A model generated the notes under the pieces. It did no database searches, had not been told where the DNA came from, and saw only the letters and a list, made by a program, of their open reading frames with translations. Positions 18,050 through 26,459 of a DNA stretch of 49,675 nt are shown piece by piece. The DNA comes from a virus (taxonomy: Duplodnaviria > Caudoviricetes), in IMG/VR virus record IMGVR_UViG_3300043447_000138, positions 1-49,675 of that record; one strand, written 5' to 3'. A program made the translations under genes and the position numbers. How positions within the stretch are numbered: position 1 is the first letter of the stretch; the number at the start of each line of letters is the position of its first letter.

Positions 18050-18589
18050 ATGAAAACAGTAGGCGATAAACTAGCACCATTTGCTATCACCGGCGTTAAG
18101 CCAGGACAACCAGAAGATGCTTTCTTCACTATTACCGATCAAAGTTTTGAAGGTAAGTGGAAAGTTATTGTGTACTATCCAAAGGACTTTACATTCGTAT
18201 GTCCAACTGAAATCGTAGCATACGATAAGTTAGCAGGCGATTTTGCTGACCGTGATGCTGTCTTACTAACAGGTAGTACAGACAATGAGTTCTGTAAAGT
18301 AGCGTGGCAAAAAGCACACCCTGATCTACAGAAGATTACTCACACTCAATTCGCTGACACACAACGCGGTGAGTTGTCACTAATTGAACAGCTAGGTGTA
18401 TTCTATGCTCCAGCAGGCGCGGCTCTACGTGCTACATTCATCGTTGACCCTAACAATGAAATTCAACACGTTACTGTTAACAACCTAAACGTTGGTCGTT
18501 CACCAGAAGAAACCTTACGAGTACTAGACGCCCTACAAACCGGCGAACTATGTGCCTGTAACCGTACCGTCGGCGGCGAGACACTATAA
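18050..18589 (+). CDS. ahpC: Peroxiredoxin (alkyl hydroperoxide reductase C)
   Basis: YPKDFTFVCPTEI, RATFIVDP, GR...E.LR..DALQT.ELC. Confidence 0.95.
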   Translation: MKTVGDKLAPFAITGVKPGQPEDAFFTITDQSFEGKWKVIVYYPKDFTFVCPTEIVAYDKLAGDFADRDAVLLTGSTDNEFCKVAWQKAHPDLQKITHTQFADTQRGELSLIEQLGVFYAPAGAALRATFIVDPNNEIQHVTVNNLNVGRSPEETLRVLDALQTGELCACNRTVGGETL

Positions 18590-19242
18590 TGTTAGAGACC
18601 ATCTGCGAAACTCTAGTCGAAGCATACAGGCGAAACTGGATAACCAGCCGCGATGGTAATGTTAGCATACGACACCATGATCGTGATCATTTCTATATCA
18701 CGCCGTCGGGTGTCCGTAAGCAGACCTTACAGCCTGATCAATTTAAAAAGATCAAATTAGTTAGTCATATAAACCCGGCACCACCTTTTTTAACAAAATC
18801 ATGGCAAGAGGATTTCTATACTGATATCAGTGCTAATCTAAAGCCTAGTGGTGAGATACCTCTACACTTTGGATTACAGCGAGAGATGGGACAACACCGA
18901 AATGAAGTACGAGTAGTGGTTCATGTTCATCCCACATACTGTATCGCGGCAATGCATGCTGGTATTGACCTGAGTACAATCAGTGATTCTTTTCCTGAAC
19001 TCAATCGTTACACTCGTGTAGCACCTAACGTTGGTGATGTTCCGCCTATTTCTCAAGAGCTTGCTGATCGTTGTCATGAAAATCTAAAGTTAGATAAAGA
19101 AGGCAATATCGCTTATGACATTGTTGGTATCAAAGGTCACGGTGTGGTAGCTATCGACACTAGTCCATGGCGGGCATTTGAGCATATCGAACGACTCGAA
19201 CATATTTGTAAAATCGTACTAGCTAGTGGAGCATATCGATGA
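18589..19242 (+). CDS. Class II aldolase/adducin family protein
   Basis: DGNVS, ITPSG, PS.E..LH, VVHVHP, GHGV. Confidence 0.9.
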   Translation: MLETICETLVEAYRRNWITSRDGNVSIRHHDRDHFYITPSGVRKQTLQPDQFKKIKLVSHINPAPPFLTKSWQEDFYTDISANLKPSGEIPLHFGLQREMGQHRNEVRVVVHVHPTYCIAAMHAGIDLSTISDSFPELNRYTRVAPNVGDVPPISQELADRCHENLKLDKEGNIAYDIVGIKGHGVVAIDTSPWRAFEHIERLEHICKIVLASGAYR

Positions 19243-19652
19243 TAGAGTGTCTTATCGTAGGTGACAGCATTGCTGTGGGTACCGCACGGGCAAGACCCGA
19301 ATGTATTGCTTATGCTCGGGGCGGCTGGAATAGTTGGCAATGGAACAAAGACTATCTAGCCTCCGCGATTCAGCACAATGCTAAAACCGTAATCATCAGT
19401 TTAGGTGCTAATGATCACCGCGGTGTGAAGACAGAACAGGAACTACGCCGTATGCGTCAGGCTATACAGGGCACTCGTGTGTTTTGGATAGATCCAGGCG
19501 CCCATCGTAAACCTATTCCGCACGATGCTATAGTTCGTATTGCCGCTGAATATGGAGATACAATTCTGCCACGACCGGCTGGTCATATGAGTGCCGATGG
19601 GGTACACCCAACAGGACGTGGTTATAAAATATTAGGAGAACAAACAAAATGA
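19239..19652 (+). CDS. SGNH/GDSL hydrolase
   Basis: GDSI, SLGAND, DGVHP..GY. Confidence 0.85.
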   Translation: MIECLIVGDSIAVGTARARPECIAYARGGWNSWQWNKDYLASAIQHNAKTVIISLGANDHRGVKTEQELRRMRQAIQGTRVFWIDPGAHRKPIPHDAIVRIAAEYGDTILPRPAGHMSADGVHPTGRGYKILGEQTK

Positions 19653-20167
19653 CACAATGGGTTGACGCTCTAAAAGAGCAAAGTATTCCAGACTACGCAA
19701 AAGATACCAGACTCAATATCGATGCTGTCATCAAGCGTAGTACACTACCTGTCGAAGAGGCAGAGGCAGTTGCTTTAGCGGCTGCTTTTGCTACGGGCAA
19801 CAGTAAACTATGGACATGGATTCATAGTCAACTAGTGGATCGTAAGGAAGCAGATGCGGCACTCACAGCGGCATCAATCATGGCACAAAACAACACGTGG
19901 TATCCATACGTTGAGATGGCCGATGACGAGCAACTAAAGGGTTTACCAGCACAACTACGTATGAACGCTATCGCTACTCACGGTGGTACTACCAAGGCAC
20001 GTTTTGAAGCATACTCACTAGCTGCCTCTATTGTTGGTAAGTGTCACTTCTGCGTGAAAGCTCACTACGAGACCCTCAAGAAGGAAGGCTATAGTGTAGA
20101 GCAACTACGTGATATCGGTCGCATTGCGGCAGTTATGACTAGTGTAGCTAGAGTAGTAGCTAACTAA
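19649..20167 (+). CDS. ahpD: Alkyl hydroperoxide reductase D (CMD family)
   Basis: PDYAKD..LN, MAQNN.WY, E...LA.S..GKCHFCV..H. Confidence 0.92.
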   Translation: MTQWVDALKEQSIPDYAKDTRLNIDAVIKRSTLPVEEAEAVALAAAFATGNSKLWTWIHSQLVDRKEADAALTAASIMAQNNTWYPYVEMADDEQLKGLPAQLRMNAIATHGGTTKARFEAYSLAASIVGKCHFCVKAHYETLKKEGYSVEQLRDIGRIAAVMTSVARVVAN

Positions 20168-20202
20168 TTTTCCTAGACCTGCTATCCGTGCTAAGTAAGC
20201 GC

Positions 20203-20325
20203 ATGATAGCAGAAGTCTTTTTATACGGGTTCATAACAGCGTTTGGTTGGTGGTCAGCCAATCACTATGTTATTGAACCCTATTTTCCGCCTCCAATTGA
20301 GCGCAAGGTAGATGACCACAAATGA
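20203..20325 (+). CDS. Small hypothetical protein (40 aa)
   Basis: Hand-translated MIAEVFLYGFITAFGWW...; ATGA coupling to next gene. Confidence 0.5.
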   Translation: MIAEVFLYGFITAFGWWSANHYVIEPYFPPPIERKVDDHK

Positions 20326-20570
20326 TGTCTTGGGTATCTACATTCGCAGCCATCTTCCTACTTGATATTGTCTATACCTATTACCTACGCTGTATAGCAA
20401 ACAATCAAGTGATGGGCGCTAGCCTATGGAGTGTTGCTTGCTATATGTTAGGTAGCTACGCTGTCATCGAATACACATCAAATAATCTACTAATGATTCC
20501 CGCTATGCTTGGTGCGTTTTGTGGCACCTATGTCGGCATGAAACTCAAGACTACAAATGAATCTAACTGA
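20322..20570 (+). CDS. Small membrane protein
   Basis: Three hydrophobic segments; GAF.GTY.G. Confidence 0.7.
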   Translation: MMSWVSTFAAIFLLDIVYTYYLRCIANNQVMGASLWSVACYMLGSYAVIEYTSNNLLMIPAMLGAFCGTYVGMKLKTTNESN

Positions 20571-21369
20571 TATCACCACTAAGGGCTATGTTGTTCTGCG
20601 CAACTTCCTAGATGAAGGCGATGTAAATTGCTTGATTGGTGGTTATAAACAGTCCATAGATAATAGAGGCTTTAATAAAAACTATGGCGTAGTGTCTAGC
20701 AAAACAGACCACAATCTAGAATATAAAATACACCCGTTGCTTTCAAACATTAGAGAGGTAAGCGACCTAACAGTTGATATGTGCTACAAAGGAGGTATGT
20801 ACTTTCGTTCAGAAAGTATAGACTTCAAATGGCATCAAGACCACGAGACTTACTATCTAACTCAACAAGCAACAAACGCAATAAATTTATGGCTACCGTT
20901 AATCAAACCTGATAGAAGTAATACAGGACTGTCGATTGTTCCATTTGATAAGTTAGGCACTAGTCTAAAACATTTCTTGGGTTTTGGAGCAAGAAACATT
21001 AGCATCATCGATTCTAGTACTATTACTGTAGAGGATTGTGAGAACGGCGACAACTTTGAACTAAGTTGTGATATTGAATCCCTAGCAGTTAATCCTGAAA
21101 TTGGACCTCGTGATGTTCTTATCATGAGAGGTGATACCTTACATAGAACACAAGATACCAAGAATGATCGATTAGCTATGTCTATCAGATGCTTTGATAG
21201 TCGTGATGTTATTAGTAGAGACAAATTCTACAGTGGATGTCAGCACAAGCATACAATGATAAGCAACAATCCCAGACTGTATCAATCACTAATTGACAAA
21301 TTCACTCTGACTGAATCAGTATTTGTTGGTGATATCTTACCTCATCATAAGTTCGTTAGTAAACTCTAA
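20557..21369 (+). CDS. PhyH-like 2OG-Fe(II) dioxygenase
   Basis: GYVVL.NFL, WHQD, NLW.PL, D.LHR, R...SIR. Confidence 0.8.
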   Translation: MNLTDITTKGYVVLRNFLDEGDVNCLIGGYKQSIDNRGFNKNYGVVSSKTDHNLEYKIHPLLSNIREVSDLTVDMCYKGGMYFRSESIDFKWHQDHETYYLTQQATNAINLWLPLIKPDRSNTGLSIVPFDKLGTSLKHFLGFGARNISIIDSSTITVEDCENGDNFELSCDIESLAVNPEIGPRDVLIMRGDTLHRTQDTKNDRLAMSIRCFDSRDVISRDKFYSGCQHKHTMISNNPRLYQSLIDKFTLTESVFVGDILPHHKFVSKL

Positions 21370-21972
21370 GAGTAAGTTGCCCTGTGGTCGATACTTGCCC
21401 TTCAACCAACTATAACTGTCATACCAAAATTGTTCGCTCTCGGGGTGACAGCCGATCAAGCCTATTCTGTCCTGAAATATAGCCATTGAATCGCCGTTAG
21501 CGTATCTGGCGACTGTCTCATAGTTACCAGGACCGACTAGAGCACAACCATCATAGAAGAACATCCTGTCTTTGGTGCCGCGCCATTCGATATCAATGTT
21601 CTTGGCGTGTGGTCTGCGAGTATCAGTATTGGGTTGTTTGATATATTGGACAGCGTCTACACCTCTAAGTATGTTGAAGTAGTGACTGCCTGCCCAGTAA
21701 GCGCCCATACAGATGCCTAAGTACCTGCCACCACGCATTAGGAAGCTCTCCACTGCGTTTTTATTAGACTTTAGTAGGGTGCCAAAGCTATCACTGTCTC
21801 CGATGCCTCCAGGGAAGGCCACGATGTCCACATCATCAAAGAATCCGTCTTCCATTTCGTTTTTTGAGAATAGTCTGAAGTCATAGTGATCGGACAATGC
21901 CGCAATCATCCCGTTCGCACATTGAACCGAGCACTTTGGGTCATAGATGAATAAGGCTATCTTTGGTTTCAC
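21337..21972 (-). CDS. BPL_N-like class I glutamine amidotransferase domain protein
   Basis: FPGG.G, GGRYLGICMGAY, G.HPE. Confidence 0.8.
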   Translation of the reverse strand: MKPKIALFIYDPKCSVQCANGMIAALSDHYDFRLFSKNEMEDGFFDDVDIVAFPGGIGDSDSFGTLLKSNKNAVESFLMRGGRYLGICMGAYWAGSHYFNILRGVDAVQYIKQPNTDTRRPHAKNIDIEWRGTKDRMFFYDGCALVGPGNYETVARYANGDSMAIFQDRIGLIGCHPESEQFWYDSYSWLKGKYRPQGNLLLEFTNELMMR

Positions 21973-21997
21973 GTGGGTATTTAGTTGTCCAAAAAAG

Positions 21998-22026
21998 TTG
22001 ACTTACGATAGTTTGAGATATATAAT
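21998..22026 (+). promoter_or_regulatory. Sigma70-type promoter for tRNA and downstream genes
   Basis: TTGACT-17-TATAAT, 8 nt before tRNA 5' end. Confidence 0.8.
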
Positions 22027-22034
22027 AGTGACAT

Positions 22035-22110
22035 GCGCTAGATTCTCAATGGCTGAGTAGGCGATTCTAAACCGCTGTTTGTGTGGGTTCGATTCCCACC
22101 TAGCGCACCA
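22035..22110 (+). tRNA. tRNA with CUA anticodon (amber suppressor)
   Basis: Acceptor GCGCTAG/CTAGCGC, T arm GTGGG-TTCGATT-CCCAC, encoded CCA; anticodon arm GGCGA-TTCTAAA-CCGCT centres CTA at 22067-22069. Confidence 0.85.
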
Positions 22111-22131
22111 TTTAACTTAAAGGAAATTAAA

Positions 22132-22695
22132 ATGTCAATGTAGATCCAGTATCAATGTAAAGAGCTAGTGTTTCACTTCAACAAGAAACATCTAGAAGAC
22201 CCCCAAATCCCTATGTGGGTAATCAAGACACACGGAGTAACCTTCTACGTCAATCACGTATCAGCGGACATTCCATGGTCAACAAAAGAAACGCCTGACA
22301 ATACGCATACTAAGGGAAGTATCAAGTTCAAGCGATGTAAACTGATTCTCGACCCAGAGAATAACGCAACAGTTACAAGTCTCGGTCTATTAGACAAAAC
22401 CCTACCATCACCTAAAGGTAAGCATACACGATTGCTTATGAGAGAAGGCTCGACCTTGTTAGAAGCCCTGCGAAACAATGAGTTCAAACACACCGAGTTC
22501 AAGGAAGTTGTTGGTGCTTGCCACACTGAGTTTGTCATCTGTGATATGACGGATGAACTTGAGGTTACTATTGCTCTACTCAAGTACAGCGGCGGATATC
22601 GTATCCTTTCTCCTAACGAACACTACTATCAAGTGTACGACACAAAGCAGTCATGGATCGATGCTATTTTTGAGGATGACGAGGATGACGAATAA
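22132..22695 (+). CDS. Hypothetical protein with in-frame TAG at codon 4 (amber readthrough candidate)
   Basis: AAGGA RBS, ATG TCA ATG TAG ATC CAG TAT CAA TGT AAA GAG CTA GTG, in frame with track ORF 22168..22695. Confidence 0.7.
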
Positions 22696-22719
22696 ATAAA
22701 CTCACTAAGGAGAATTTAT

Positions 22720-22947
22720 ATGGATATGGATCAAGCAGCCGTCTTTTTGGCAGGCAGTATTTTAACAGCAATGGGTATGATTGTGTTTGTGATTGCTATG
22801 GTAGTCATCAACAATATCATTCACAAATACTGGAAGCCACTAGGTTGGTTCAAATGGAGCGAAAGTATGTTCGGCCCAGTACACTATGTTGAACAAGAAA
22901 AAGTACCTCCTAGTTTAGAGCCAGAGGATACAAAGAAGAAGCGTTAA
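22720..22947 (+). CDS. Small membrane protein
   Basis: AAGGAG RBS; one TM. Confidence 0.7.
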   Translation: MDMDQAAVFLAGSILTAMGMIVFVIAMVVINNIIHKYWKPLGWFKWSESMFGPVHYVEQEKVPPSLEPEDTKKKR

Positions 22948-23144
22948 CGCTTTCGAGTGGGGGTGTCGGGCTTAGACCACTCCCACTCCATAATGTACAT
23001 AGTCTCAAGCGTATCGTTTCTAAATTCTATTTCGATACCCTTGAGACCACCTGTAAAATCCCAATCACGACCGCGTTCACCGTGAGCACGAAGCCACTTC
23101 AATACAGTAACGTTATCTGTTGCTCTAAACTTTCTTGTTCTCAT
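22944..23144 (-). CDS. LRW-family small protein (divergent)
   Basis: W....G..G..W...F.N....Y...W; coupled start in junction motif. Confidence 0.65.
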   Translation of the reverse strand: MRTRKFRATDNVTVLKWLRAHGERGRDWDFTGGLKGIEIEFRNDTLETMYIMEWEWSKPDTPTRKR

Positions 23145-23563
23145 AACCACCTCAATGCGAATAAGGTATTGTCAATGTCATTAGTAAATGCTACTACAAT
23201 ATAGTCACCGCCGCCCAGTTCATCTATTTGCCACCCATCATCTCTTCGCCACTCTTCATCTTTCTTTGACATTCTGTGCCAGTCTAAGCGATAGTGACCT
23301 GTTAGATTTGCTTCACACCATTTGTCTAATACGTAAACTCCATCAACACCTATGTCCCAGAAATACGCTTCGTGCTTGTGGTTCGTAATCACGTGATACG
23401 ACTTGTAGCCATGATAGAATGATGGCAGTGTACTAGCACTCCATCTTATACGCTTGTCGAAGTTTCTGTTATACTCTTTCCAACTGTCACACAGGTGCTT
23501 AGCGAGAAAACGCTTAGACTTGTACATACGCCACGCGGCTCTAATTCTTCCCAGTAACATCAT
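23141..23563 (-). CDS. LRW-family protein
   Basis: WC..N..G...FTNDIDNTLFALRWL. Confidence 0.75.
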   Translation of the reverse strand: MMLLGRIRAAWRMYKSKRFLAKHLCDSWKEYNRNFDKRIRWSASTLPSFYHGYKSYHVITNHKHEAYFWDIGVDGVYVLDKWCEANLTGHYRLDWHRMSKKDEEWRRDDGWQIDELGGGDYIVVAFTNDIDNTLFALRWL

Positions 23564-23777
23564 ACTTCAATCTGAACCAAGTTGCCCATTCTTCTGAGTA
23601 GAATGTGTACTCGCAATAGCCGCTACGTTGACGCAACCAGTCCATCTCATCAGTCTCAGGTCTGTGCCACTTAAAGTCAAAGTCAATACCTTGAACAAGT
23701 CCTTGATCTCTAAGGTCATAGATGACTGTTAGCGCATCATTAACATTATCATAGTCTATTAGTACTGTATCTAACAT
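23541..23777 (-). CDS. LRW-family protein (FRLKY variant, TAG stop)
   Basis: FYSEEWATWFRLKY. Confidence 0.7.
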   Translation of the reverse strand: MLDTVLIDYDNVNDALTVIYDLRDQGLVQGIDFDFKWHRPETDEMDWLRQRSGYCEYTFYSEEWATWFRLKYDVTGKN

Positions 23778-23998
23778 GCCCACATCAATCTAAAAAGGGT
23801 TGCGTCTGTGTCTTGCTCAAACAACCAGTACTGACCAGTGCCTATCCAATCACTACCGATATTAGTATCGACCCACTCATATAAGATTTCATTGACCGCG
23901 CTTTCGACTGAAATTGACACTTCCTGCCATCCTTGCGCTCTGCGTTTATAATACGTTTCCCAGAATTCTGGCGCATATGATAAGCCTTCGTATCTCAT
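23771..23998 (-). CDS. LRW-family protein (TAG stop)
   Basis: FEQDTDATLFRLMWA. Confidence 0.75.
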   Translation of the reverse strand: MRYEGLSYAPEFWETYYKRRAQGWQEVSISVESAVNEILYEWVDTNIGSDWIGTGQYWLFEQDTDATLFRLMWAC

Positions 23999-24009
23999 GC
24001 CCACCTCAA
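23995..24009 (-). repeat. 15-bp gene-junction repeat TTGAGGTGGGCATGA
   Basis: Exact copies also at 24201, 39368, 40073, 40321. Confidence 0.9.
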
Positions 24010-24204
24010 AGCAAATAGCACTAAGTCTTGTTCTTTTTTGAAGTGAAATTCACTTTCACCAAATTGAGTAGTGATATACCACTTAGAGTTGCCTGTTATT
24101 AGATAGCCGCCGTCACCCAGGTTGTCTCTACACCAACGTTGAATATCAGATAGCTCATGATATCTGCGTTTTGAAATGTGTGCTATGTGTTGAAATGTTT
24201 TCAT
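23995..24204 (-). CDS. LRW-family protein
   Basis: WCRDNLG...FKKEQDLVLFALRWA. Confidence 0.75.
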   Translation of the reverse strand: MKTFQHIAHISKRRYHELSDIQRWCRDNLGDGGYLITGNSKWYITTQFGESEFHFKKEQDLVLFALRWA

Positions 24205-24446
24205 GCCCACCTCAAAATGAATAAGGTCAAATCACTTTCGTTTTTGAATCGGTACACGCTACGAGAAAAGTAGTGCTCAACTGCCCATATGTCTCGTTTG
24301 AGTGTGTCTTTACACCATTCGTGTGCGTCGATAGTTCTATCGTCGAATCTTATCCAGTTATCGTCATCTTCTCGTCTTGTGAGTTCTATTGTATGAATAA
24401 GCGTGGCTTGTCTTCTGTTTTCTCGTCTGCGTTGTTTACTGTTCAT
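24201..24446 (-). CDS. LRW-family protein
   Basis: WCKD...FKNESDLTLFILRWA. Confidence 0.75.
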   Translation of the reverse strand: MNSKQRRRENRRQATLIHTIELTRREDDDNWIRFDDRTIDAHEWCKDTLKRDIWAVEHYFSRSVYRFKNESDLTLFILRWA

Positions 24447-24658
24447 AGCCATCTCAACATGAATAGGAGTAGTTGCTCTTCCGTTTCAAAAATAAATTCA
24501 TAACCTTCCTTGTGTCCTCGCCAGAAACATGCCCAACTGCCGTTACGTTCAATAGCTGACCATCTCTCACCAAATGTTTCTTCACACCAATGAGTGATTT
24601 CGACTCCCATTCGCTTGGTGTAGTAAACTGAGTGATTGAGGTCTCGCCTTATGCCCAT
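24443..24658 (-). CDS. LRW-family protein
   Basis: WCEETFG...FETEEQLLLFMLRWL. Confidence 0.7.
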   Translation of the reverse strand: MGIRRDLNHSVYYTKRMGVEITHWCEETFGERWSAIERNGSWACFWRGHKEGYEFIFETEEQLLLFMLRWL

Positions 24659-24876
24659 TGTAAAATGAATAGGGTTAGCGTGTCGTCATCAGGAATGTTT
24701 ACAGTCATACCTAATACCTCACTGCGATTGTCTCGGCACCATGCCACGAGGTCCTCGTAGCGACTGTTCCAATAAGCGATATCTGATAAAAGAACAAGAT
24801 GATCAAAACTATCTTCATAGTCGTTTTCCGTTACAATAAATCTTTTCTGGTTCCAATTGTCCATTACAACCGACAT
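24649..24876 (-). CDS. LRW-family protein
   Basis: WCRDN...DDDTLTLFILQWA. Confidence 0.7.
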   Translation of the reverse strand: MSVVMDNWNQKRFIVTENDYEDSFDHLVLLSDIAYWNSRYEDLVAWCRDNRSEVLGMTVNIPDDDTLTLFILQWA

Positions 24877-24877
24877 A

Positions 24878-25081
24878 CTAGCCCCAACGTAACTCAAAGT
24901 GTGTTACGTCACGCTCGTCGTCAAACTCAAACTCATACACGCCAGCACTGTAGCCAGCTTGCTCTTGTACGGTTACTAAGTCCCAGTTACCGACGCAGAA
25001 TTCACCGCACCAGTCTAAGACTTCATCTAGACCGCCGTACTTGACAAAGACAGTGACCTTATGGTCAGACTTGATTGCCAA
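24878..25081 (-). CDS. LRW-family protein (TAG stop)
   Basis: WCGEFCVGNW...FDDERDVTHFELRWG. Confidence 0.75.
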   Translation of the reverse strand: MAIKSDHKVTVFVKYGGLDEVLDWCGEFCVGNWDLVTVQEQAGYSAGVYEFEFDDERDVTHFELRWG

Positions 25082-25514
25082 TTTTGTTTACCTCAACGCC
25101 GCTGGTTTGGAGAAATTTAACTCCATAATCATCACGATATTGAGTGCCATAATACACACGGCGAATACCTGACTGAAGGATAAGTTTGGCACAGTCGATA
25201 CAAGGTGCGTGAGTGATAAAAATATCAGCGTTAAGACCGCTGTTGCTACTCTTAGCCAATTTACTAACCGCGTTGCTTTCTGCATGGAGGACCTCCGGTT
25301 TTGTTTTTAGAGTCTTGACGAATTTCTCGTCCATCTCTACTGTGATTTCATCTTCACAGTTATTGTCCCAGCCACTGGGCATACCATTGTAACCATAGCT
25401 GATGACAGTATCATCTTTAACGATGACCGCGCCTACTTGAAGGCGTCTAGCATGGCTGAGTTTCGCTAAGCGTAGTGCCCAGTCCATATAAAGGTCGATG
25501 AATTTTTGTTTCAT
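25065..25514 (-). CDS. dCMP deaminase
   Basis: VGAVIV, GYNG.P.G, HAE.NA, PC..C. Confidence 0.93.
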   Translation of the reverse strand: MKQKFIDLYMDWALRLAKLSHARRLQVGAVIVKDDTVISYGYNGMPSGWDNNCEDEITVEMDEKFVKTLKTKPEVLHAESNAVSKLAKSSNSGLNADIFITHAPCIDCAKLILQSGIRRVYYGTQYRDDYGVKFLQTSGVEVNKIGNQV

Positions 25515-25753
25515 GTCAATCCGTAGTTATCTCTTATCCATCGTTCCGAAATATTTTTATCTTTGAAATAGTAGAGTGAAGTTGGTGCTAATATTCCAAA
25601 GTGATCACAGAACGCTTCGCCGTATCTTTTGTTTTGTAAGATTGCTAGTGTCCAGTGTACTTCTTTGAACTCGTCATACTCCTCTTGAGTAATCACATTC
25701 ATTTTTCTGCTAAGTTCGGCAGATGTAAGTATGTTCACCATTTGATCAAACAT
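25511..25753 (-). CDS. Hypothetical protein
   Basis: RYG.AFC..F motif; coupled ORF. Confidence 0.65.
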   Translation of the reverse strand: MFDQMVNILTSAELSRKMNVITQEEYDEFKEVHWTLAILQNKRYGEAFCDHFGILAPTSLYYFKDKNISERWIRDNYGLT

Positions 25754-26187
25754 TATAGAGACTCTTTGATTACACCATCAATCACATATAGTTTTTGTTT
25801 TTCTGGTGTAATGATACAGCAGTCTTTTTTGTTCTTTGCTAGAAAGTTTTGAACCGCTTCCTGTCTAGATGTTCCTTGACACAAGAACTCACCTTTGTGA
25901 GTATAGAAGTAGTGTGAGCCATTCTCAATATGCTCGTCTATGATTTCAAACTTTAACTTGCGCAGGGCGTCATCAATCATAGCATCTGCCTTAGCATCGT
26001 CTTTAGGATCTAGTTGCTCAAGTTGAGTTTGTAGTTTGTACATTTCTTCAACTTCTTCATCTGTCAACAAGTCCATCATGCGACGAATCATCTTGTTCTC
26101 AGCGTAACGCATACCAGCATAGAATACGATTGCGTATCCCACAAGCATTGCTAATGTGTCCCACATTGTCCATTCAGTCATGTTCAA
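25753..26187 (-). CDS. Hypothetical protein with N-terminal TM
   Basis: Coupled ORF; FLCQG motif. Confidence 0.7.
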   Translation of the reverse strand: MNMTEWTMWDTLAMLVGYAIVFYAGMRYAENKMIRRMMDLLTDEEVEEMYKLQTQLEQLDPKDDAKADAMIDDALRKLKFEIIDEHIENGSHYFYTHKGEFLCQGTSRQEAVQNFLAKNKKDCCIITPEKQKLYVIDGVIKESL

Positions 26188-26459
26188 TCCTTGAAAATGT
26201 TAGACCACTGCTTGAGTTTTGCGATCTTGTTATCAGCGTGTGCTGTAATTTCATTAGGATTAACAATACCAAAGTCGATACACAAATCGATCATTGCTTG
26301 TAAGTCGCCTAGTTCTTCTTCTAAGTGTTCACGATTAGTTTTAGGTTTGCCAGGCTTAACATTGTCGATGCCAAAGCGACTAATCTTACTGATTGCTACT
26401 ACGACCTCAGCACACTCTTCCTGAGTAATATCGAGAATTTCTTTTGTTTTATTATCCAT
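26184..26459 (-). CDS. MazG-like NTP pyrophosphohydrolase
   Basis: EECAEV...SK..RFG...LEEE.GDL. Confidence 0.8.
   Translation of the reverse strand: MDNKTKEILDITQEECAEVVVAISKISRFGIDNVKPGKPKTNREHLEEELGDLQAMIDLCIDFGIVNPNEITAHADNKIAKLKQWSNIFKD

Noticed and set aside
22035-22110. tRNA-Arg(TCT) or tRNA-Pyl
   Set aside because: Centring TCT destroys anticodon-stem pairing. The D-loop GG, the T-loop TTC and a 6-nt variable region are unlike tRNA-Pyl, and no pyl genes are in the window.
22111-22170. HDV-like (theta) ribozyme after the suppressor tRNA
   Set aside because: The 3' flank is a short AT-rich RBS spacer with no nested pseudoknot visible.
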